Positions 48,566 through 54,602 of a stretch of DNA of 54,602 nucleotides are shown here, one piece after another; within the stretch, counting starts at the first letter, position 1; each line of letters opens with the position of its first letter. The notes below the pieces were generated by a model that searched no databases, was not told the origin of the DNA, and was given only the letters and a program-made list of their open reading frames with translations. The stretch lies in IMG/VR virus record IMGVR_UViG_3300030616_000820; one strand, given 5' to 3'. Origin of the DNA: an uncultured virus (IMG/VR IMGVR_UViG_3300030616_000820) (lineage: Duplodnaviria > Heunggongvirae > Uroviricota > Caudoviricetes). The position numbers and the translations under genes were made by a program.

Positions 48566-48595
48566 AAATATTAAAATCTACAAAATCTTTATATA
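48566..48595 (+). promoter_or_regulatory. Class-A promoter AAATATTAAAA-N11-TTTATATA
   Basis: Conserved motif and spacing. Confidence 0.7.
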
Positions 48596-48868
48596 CTATA
48601 AAAATAATGTAGAATTATGACAAAAAAGGACGAAACCCAAAAAATGAATAAAGCTGGTAACATAAATGTTATGCAACTTTGGTATTTTACAAAACAAGTA
48701 GAATTAAGTTATTTGGAGGACTAAAAAATGGGAGCTTATATTTCAAACGAATGTATGAAAGACTTTTTAGAAGGACTTAAATTTTCAGCACATTCTTTTT
48801 CTGATGATGATATAAAAAGAATAAAACAAGCCATGAAATTTTATTTTAGTTATAAGGAAGAATAAACG

Positions 48869-49120
48869 ATGAAAATAAATATTAAAAAAATTCCATATAT
48901 ATTATTTGATTTTTTTATTCTATTATCTATTGTTACGTTTATTATATCTACATATCATATGTTATTAAATACATTAACAGACTTTTCTGCAATGTTATTT
49001 TCAACCTTTGGAGTATGTTTTTTAATTGTTAATATTACATATAAATATTCAAATAGAATATTTGAAAGAATACTTGAAGCAATTCAATTAAATACAAAAT
49101 ATTCACATAAGGAGAATTAA
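48869..49120 (+). CDS. Two-TM small membrane protein
   Basis: Two hydrophobic segments. Confidence 0.55.
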   Translation: MKINIKKIPYILFDFFILLSIVTFIISTYHMLLNTLTDFSAMLFSTFGVCFLIVNITYKYSNRIFERILEAIQLNTKYSHKEN

Positions 49121-49123
49121 AAT

Positions 49124-49426
49124 ATGAAATTCAAATATGTAATGAAAGACACAGAAGAACCAGTAGTAAAATTAAACATTGAATTTAATTTGACGGCAAC
49201 AGAAATTGCCGAAATTATTTCTTCCAATACCGATATAGATGGAATGAGAATAGTTGACCATATTAATGGCATTAAAAAACAATGGACAAAAACATCAATA
49301 GAAAGTGAAGTTAGAAAAACATTATCATATATTGGGACAGAATACTATATTGATGATGATGAAGATAAACTAACAGCAGCAAAAGAAATAGTTAACAAAC
49401 TTTTTAGATTAAAAAAGGTGATATAA
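49124..49426 (+). CDS. Hypothetical protein
   Basis: AGGAG RBS; 100 aa. Confidence 0.6.
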   Translation: MKFKYVMKDTEEPVVKLNIEFNLTATEIAEIISSNTDIDGMRIVDHINGIKKQWTKTSIESEVRKTLSYIGTEYYIDDDEDKLTAAKEIVNKLFRLKKVI

Positions 49427-49428
49427 AA

Positions 49429-50508
49429 ATGAATAAAAAAACCCTAAAAGAACTAGCTGAAGAGCTAGAGAGGCAGAAGGCAAACAGGTACGACATAGTT
49501 GTGCCTAGTGACAGATTGATTGTATTAAAAGATGGAGACAAAATCTATATGGATATACCACAACCAGATGGAACTACAAAACGACATTCTATAACAAGCC
49601 ATGCTCATGACCAAATAGCAAATAAAACAGGCATACCAATAAAATATTATAATAAAATGAAAGAGACAGGACATCTTGATTTATTAGCAAATAATGTTAA
49701 TGAATGGATGCCTAACAAAGATAAAAGACTTGTAAGAGTTTTAGACAACAAAGTTAGAGCATTACTATCAGACAGATACCGAGTAATTGATAATTATGAT
49801 GTTCTTTATGCAACATTAGAAGAATTTAAAAAGATTCAGCAAGAAAGAAACATGAACATAGAAATTAAAAGAAGTGACCTAACAGAAACCAACATATACA
49901 TAAAGGCAACATCTCCAGACCTAGTTGATGAAGTTATACATTGGAAAGACAGAGATGGAAAAGAAAGAACAGAACCAGTTCATGGTGGAATAATTATTTC
50001 CAATTCAGAAGTTGGTGCAGGTGCTTTCAATGTTAAGCCATTTGTAAATGTGTTAGTTTGCCAAAATGGTTTGATTGGAGAACATGTATTTAAAAGAGTT
50101 CATATAGGCAGAGAACTTGGTGTTGGACTTATAGACTGGAGTAATGAAACATTAGAACTTGAAGATGCAGCACTTTGGAGTAAAATCAGGGATATGATAC
50201 AGGCAACCTTTGACCCAGAAGTATTTCATAAATGGGTTGATGAAATAAATGAAATAGCATCAACAGAAGTGCCAAAACCATCATTAGCAGTTGATAACAT
50301 AATTAAACACTTTGATTTACCAAAGAGTAAGAAAGATGATTTACTTAATCAATTTGCAAAAGAATCACCTACACAATGGGGACTTTCAATGGCAGTAACA
50401 CAAATAGCACAAAACGAAGAAGACTATGAAAAACAAATAGAAATGGAAAAAATTGGAGCACAACTATTAGAAAAGAAAGTAACTCCAATAATATTAAAAG
50501 AGGAGTAA
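49429..50508 (+). CDS. DUF932-family protein (common in phages and plasmids)
   Basis: RALLSDRYRVIDN, GIIISNSEVGAG, LVCQNGLI, WGLSMAVT. Confidence 0.8.
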   Translation: MNKKTLKELAEELERQKANRYDIVVPSDRLIVLKDGDKIYMDIPQPDGTTKRHSITSHAHDQIANKTGIPIKYYNKMKETGHLDLLANNVNEWMPNKDKRLVRVLDNKVRALLSDRYRVIDNYDVLYATLEEFKKIQQERNMNIEIKRSDLTETNIYIKATSPDLVDEVIHWKDRDGKERTEPVHGGIIISNSEVGAGAFNVKPFVNVLVCQNGLIGEHVFKRVHIGRELGVGLIDWSNETLELEDAALWSKIRDMIQATFDPEVFHKWVDEINEIASTEVPKPSLAVDNIIKHFDLPKSKKDDLLNQFAKESPTQWGLSMAVTQIAQNEEDYEKQIEMEKIGAQLLEKKVTPIILKEE

Positions 50509-50528
50509 ATACTCCTTCTTTTATTTTA
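50500..50528 (+). terminator. Stem-loop plus T-tract overlapping the DUF932 stop
   Basis: AGGAGT-aaat-ACTCCT then TCTTTTATTTT. Confidence 0.55.
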
Positions 50529-50768
50529 ATGATTATTATGTATCACAAGGCAACTAGAAAAGAATTATTCAATATGACCACAGATGAATTATACAAATTA
50601 AATGGATATCATACAGAGGAAAAAGAAAAGATAAAAGCAGAGCTTATATTAAGAGGCGACTATTAGTGAATGATTGGGTGAAAGTTGGTAATAGTTTTTT
50701 ATCCTTCTGCTTTGGGTTTCGTCACCACGAAGACACTATTACCAACCACTTAACAATCAGGTGAAACT

Positions 50769-51005
50769 ATGATTTGGCTTATAATATTGATAATATTTTT
50801 TATAGTTGGATATTTCTTAGAAGGTTTTTGGCAAAATTTAAAGAGAAAAGAAGAGGTTGATAGAATTGAAAAAGAATGCTGGTTTTGCAAAGAATATTTT
50901 GGTTATGAATTAGAATATATTGAAGACGACTATAGAAATATTAATATAGAATTTAGGGAAAGAAATCCAGATGTTTCAGTTATGATACCAAATTGGGACA
51001 CCTAA
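50769..51005 (+). CDS. Small protein with N-terminal TM
   Basis: GGTGA RBS; hydrophobic N-terminus. Confidence 0.55.
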   Translation: MIWLIILIIFFIVGYFLEGFWQNLKRKEEVDRIEKECWFCKEYFGYELEYIEDDYRNINIEFRERNPDVSVMIPNWDT

Positions 51006-51006
51006 G

Positions 51007-51036
51007 AAATATTAAAAATTAAGTAATGTTTATATA
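51007..51036 (+). promoter_or_regulatory. Class-A promoter AAATATTAAAA-N11-TTTATATA
   Basis: Conserved motif and spacing. Confidence 0.7.
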
Positions 51037-51246
51037 TGATGAAAACAATAAAGAGTTGTGATAAAATGAAACCCAAAAACAAAAACTTGGAGGAATTAAA
51101 TTGAATATAACAAAACTTTTAGAAAAAGGAAAGTATAGACATAAATGTTTAAACTGCAAAACAAACTTTTGTGATAGTAAAATACATAGATTTTGCCCAT
51201 TTTGTGAAAGTTGTGCAATTGTAATTTTTAAGCCAGAGGTAGAAGA

Positions 51247-52659
51247 ATGAATAATTGGTTTGAAGTTGATAAAGAAGGACTTAGAGCACTACAAGCAGGT
51301 AAGCCAAAAACTTTCATAATAAATGAATTAGTTCAAAATGCTTTTGATGAAAAAATAACTTATTGTAAAATCAATATAAATTTGAAATCAAAAGGTATTA
51401 TAAAAGTTTCAATAGAAGATGATAGCCCTGAAGGTTTCAAAGATATTACTCATGCCTATACATTATTTGCTGATACTTATAAAAGACGAGACCCAAGTAA
51501 ACGTGGAAGATTTAATCTAGGTGAAAAGCAAGTATTATCAATTTGTAATAATGCTATTGTTTCTACAACAAAAGGAACCATTGCTTTTGATGATACAGGT
51601 AGAGCAGAGTTATCTGATAAAAGAAAGTTTGGCAGTAAGATTATTATTGAATTTAATGGTAGGAAGAAAGAATTGAATGAATTAATTAATCATGCAACAA
51701 AACTATTACCACCTGAAAATATAACGTATACTGTAAATGGCATTGTAATACCATCAAAACCTGTGTTTAAAACCTTTGAAGCAACATTAGATACAGAAGT
51801 ATTAAAAAACGATGTAATGACCCTAAGAACTAGGAAAACCAAGATAAACTTAATTGAAACAGACTCCGACACTTACATCTATGAAATGGGAATTCCAATT
51901 ATGAAAATAGATACACCTTGGCATATTGACATACAACAAAAGATACCTTTAGCCGTTGACCGGCAAACTGTTCAAAATTATTTTATTCAAGACGTTTATG
52001 CCGAAACATTAAACAATACCTATCAAGACATTACTCAAGAACAAGCATCTGAAGTTTGGGTTAGAACTGCAATGAAAGACAAACGTGTTGTTAAAGATGC
52101 AGTTAAATACATACTTAATCTTAGGTTTGGAGACAAACTTTTAGTTGGAAATTCTTTTGACCCAAACGCAAACGACGAAGCAACCGCAAATGGATACAAT
52201 GTTATATCCGGAAACATTATGAGCAAAGACGAATGGAACACAATTAGAAACTTTGGTTTAATTAAATCAACTTCTGATATGTTTGGACATCAAGGACTTA
52301 GAGAAGCAAAGAAACTTAAAGACATTACAACAGAACAAAAAGCATTTTCAAACTTTGCAAAGAAAGTTGCCAAAGAATTTCTACATGTTAACATCGATGT
52401 TATATTTGTATCTTGTAAAGGAGTTACGACCATAGCCGATTATGGAAATAGAACTTTAAGATTTAATGTTGGGCATCCACACCTTCATAATGGATTCTTT
52501 GACAAACTGACTTATGAAAACATTGATTTACTATTACACGAACTTGGACACGAAGAAGGAAATCATACAGAACATAACTATCATAAATGTATTACAGAAA
52601 TGGCTGGAAAGTTAGTAATGAAGGCAATACAAGACCCCGACTTCTTTGAGGTGAAATAA
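51247..52659 (+). CDS. GHKL (Hsp90/MORC-like) ATPase with C-terminal HExxH motif
   Basis: ELVQNAFD (N box), IEDDSPEGF (G1), RGRFNLGEK (G2); LLLHELGH near the C-terminus. Confidence 0.75.
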   Translation: MNNWFEVDKEGLRALQAGKPKTFIINELVQNAFDEKITYCKININLKSKGIIKVSIEDDSPEGFKDITHAYTLFADTYKRRDPSKRGRFNLGEKQVLSICNNAIVSTTKGTIAFDDTGRAELSDKRKFGSKIIIEFNGRKKELNELINHATKLLPPENITYTVNGIVIPSKPVFKTFEATLDTEVLKNDVMTLRTRKTKINLIETDSDTYIYEMGIPIMKIDTPWHIDIQQKIPLAVDRQTVQNYFIQDVYAETLNNTYQDITQEQASEVWVRTAMKDKRVVKDAVKYILNLRFGDKLLVGNSFDPNANDEATANGYNVISGNIMSKDEWNTIRNFGLIKSTSDMFGHQGLREAKKLKDITTEQKAFSNFAKKVAKEFLHVNIDVIFVSCKGVTTIADYGNRTLRFNVGHPHLHNGFFDKLTYENIDLLLHELGHEEGNHTEHNYHKCITEMAGKLVMKAIQDPDFFEVK

Positions 52660-53098
52660 TGAAATTTAAATTAAGAGTAGAAAAGAACAACGAAGGCGGA
52701 ATAATAATAAAACACGATTACAATCGTTACGGGGCAACATTTAGTACACCAGACCACAACGGAGAAAAATTAGAAGAGATGTTTAACAAACTTAAACCTG
52801 GAGATTATGTTGAATTAAATATTGAGGTGGAATGATGATAGAACAACAAAAGTTTATCGATGCTTGGAAAAAACATGTTGGAGTTGATATTCATGAGTAG
52901 ATTTGGACTAATAACAAAAAGATGTAAAGAACCAAATAAATCAGAACTTGAATGTTACAAGAAAATATACATAAACAATAATGATGCAATAGTTATTTGG
53001 GGCAATAAACAGGGACAAGGAGTATACATCCAAATGTTTGATAGAAAGAATGACTTTAGGTGGTATACTTTAATAAATAGATTACCAGGTGATAAACA

Positions 53099-53554
53099 AT
53101 GAAACTAAAACGAAAACAGATAGTTAACTACAAAGGAGAAATTGGAGAAGTTCTTAAATATGATAACGAAGAAATTTACAGATTTGCATCATTAAAAAAC
53201 AAACCTTCTTGGATGAAAAAGAAAGAAGAGTTTCCAATTATAAATCCAAAAATAGTAAAACTTGCAAACAAAAAGGAAATGGTCAAATGGTTATTTAGCG
53301 AAACAGAATGGCTTGGAAAAACAGTTAAATTGCATAAGATAGGAGAATATCAAATAGTTGAATATAAATCTAGAAACAACGATGGAACATTAGAAAAACA
53401 AAGTTCTTTTACAACTTACATAAATTATGAATCTTGTGGTTATAGTTATGAATCACTGGATAGAGCAATTGTTGGCAGCATTGCATATAAACACGAAGGT
53501 CATCATACTTATGCAGACAGATACTTTATGAGAATGATTAAGAAGGAGGATTAA
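53099..53554 (+). CDS. Hypothetical protein
   Basis: GGTGA RBS; 151 aa. Confidence 0.6.
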   Translation: MKLKRKQIVNYKGEIGEVLKYDNEEIYRFASLKNKPSWMKKKEEFPIINPKIVKLANKKEMVKWLFSETEWLGKTVKLHKIGEYQIVEYKSRNNDGTLEKQSSFTTYINYESCGYSYESLDRAIVGSIAYKHEGHHTYADRYFMRMIKKED

Positions 53555-53555
53555 A

Positions 53556-53753
53556 ATGAAAAAAGAAAGAGCAGAAGCTTATTATCATTCTCCTGTAATT
53601 TTATGTCCTTTATGTGAACATTTAGAAGGTATTGATGGTTTAGAAGGTAATGTAGATGAAACCATACATGATGCCATGAAGCGAATGATTAAACATCTAA
53701 TTAAAAAACATACAGATGAAGAAGCAATTGATTTATTAGGTTGGGTTGATTAA
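53556..53753 (+). CDS. C2H2-like Zn-binding small protein
   Basis: CPLC...HLIKKH. Confidence 0.55.
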   Translation: MKKERAEAYYHSPVILCPLCEHLEGIDGLEGNVDETIHDAMKRMIKHLIKKHTDEEAIDLLGWVD

Positions 53754-53996
53754 ATGAAAAAAACATTTTGGAAGTATATAGTTTTACAAGATGGTGAAAT
53801 AGTAAATCAGGGGATACTAGAAGAACCAGTTGAGATAGATGTAGAAAAAATATTTCCAAAAGCCAATTCATCTTCCGACAGATGTTTATACGAAATGCAA
53901 AAGTATGCTGACATGCATCTTAAAGAATATAATTATGAATTTAGACACAAAGAGATAGAGATTGACTTTTCTGATTTGGAGGATGTGATTGAATGA
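53754..53996 (+). CDS. Hypothetical protein
   Basis: 80-aa ORF coupled to its neighbours; ends DVIE. Confidence 0.6.
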   Translation: MKKTFWKYIVLQDGEIVNQGILEEPVEIDVEKIFPKANSSSDRCLYEMQKYADMHLKEYNYEFRHKEIEIDFSDLEDVIE

Positions 53997-54289
53997 AATT
54001 TAAAACAAGAGAAGAATTAATTGACAGAGTAATGGATGATGGATATATTGGCGGTATTGAAGATGCTTTTTACTCCTTCGCTGAGCGTGTTGAGTTTTAT
54101 AAGAAATATTATTTAAGTCCAATGAAATTACAAAAAGAAAAACCAAAACTATACTATGAATTTCTTAAAAAAGTAACTAATGAATATCCAGAATTATATA
54201 AAGGCATAAAAGATGAATATGATACAAGATTTAATGTATTATTTTTTGATTGGCTCTTCGACTATTGTTTTGGAGATGTGATTGAATGA
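53993..54289 (+). CDS. Hypothetical protein
   Basis: ATGA overlap; ends DVIE. Confidence 0.6.
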   Translation: MKFKTREELIDRVMDDGYIGGIEDAFYSFAERVEFYKKYYLSPMKLQKEKPKLYYEFLKKVTNEYPELYKGIKDEYDTRFNVLFFDWLFDYCFGDVIE

Positions 54290-54498
54290 ACGACAAACAA
54301 ATTGAACAAAAGAAAGAAGAATTGATTGTTACAATCCGTCAATACATCTTAGGCTTACAAAAACCAATAATGGTTAAGAATGCATTAAACTGTCTTTTCA
54401 TTGATATATTTTTAGATACAATCAAAAAGTCCGAAGGAACCAGATTTGAAGATGATTATAAGAATGGATGTTTTAATAAACTATTGGAGGAGTGGTAA
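54286..54498 (+). CDS. Hypothetical protein
   Basis: ATGA overlap; 70 aa. Confidence 0.55.
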   Translation: MNDKQIEQKKEELIVTIRQYILGLQKPIMVKNALNCLFIDIFLDTIKKSEGTRFEDDYKNGCFNKLLEEW

Positions 54499-54602
54499 AT
54501 GACAATTCCATACTTTGGTATAGATGAAGAACGACTTGAAAAAGAAGTTGGTGGCAAATCAGAAACTATGTATGAAATGGCTTGTAAACTTTATCCAATA
54601 GC
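54499..54602 (+). CDS. 5' part of a gene that probably continues at 1..307
   Basis: GGAGG RBS, ATG 54499, open to the end of the window. Confidence 0.6.
   Translation, partial: MTIPYFGIDEERLEKEVGGKSETMYEMACKLYPI

Larger units (their letters stand above)
1..54602 (+). mobile_element. Putative archaeal virus genome (spindle-shaped/enveloped type), probably complete and circular
   Basis: All genes co-oriented; archaeal RBS and TATA signals; tandem MCP-like genes; Zot/HerA-like ATPase; no host housekeeping genes; end of window joins the start in frame. Confidence 0.75.

Noticed and set aside
139..52241. Minus-strand ORFs in the track (e.g. 4917..5264, 5502..5978, 14460..14666, 34853..35155)
   Set aside because: They overlap better-supported + strand genes, lack RBSs and read as antisense shadows of the + strand coding sequence

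Overview
AT-rich 54.6 kb element with every credible gene on the + strand. Its expression signals are archaeal (GGAGGTGA/GGTGA ribosome-binding sites, TTTATATA/TTTAAATA boxes, secreted proteins dense in N-x-S/T sequons). The last ORF (54499..54602) joins in frame to the first (2..307), so this is probably a complete circular genome. I found no HK97 capsid, terminase, portal, integrase or DNA polymerase. It encodes two tandem 85-aa two-helix hydrophobic proteins resembling spindle-shaped archaeal virus major capsid proteins (MCPs), a Zot/FtsK-HerA-like ATPase with membrane proteins, and a DUF3987-like helicase beside an iteron-like repeat. It also has a 2025-aa protein with an embedded nucleotidyltransferase, about 21 kb of structural and surface genes, about 8.5 kb of tiny basic genes, a C25 (gingipain-like) peptidase, an MTase-Mrr fusion, DUF932 and a GHKL ATPase. 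Best interpretation (inference): a large enveloped or spindle-type virus of a Thermoplasmatota-like archaeon. The main candidate novel system is a virus-encoded cohesin-dockerin display. A cohesin-bearing scaffold has a C-terminal anchor that copies the MCP C-terminal helix. Two giant adjacent proteins, one with a papain/C39-like protease, end in atypical dockerin-like duplications. These three proteins and one further surface protein share a Y-[EK]-T-Q-[AS] motif after the signal peptide. All family calls are by eye from motifs; no searches were run.
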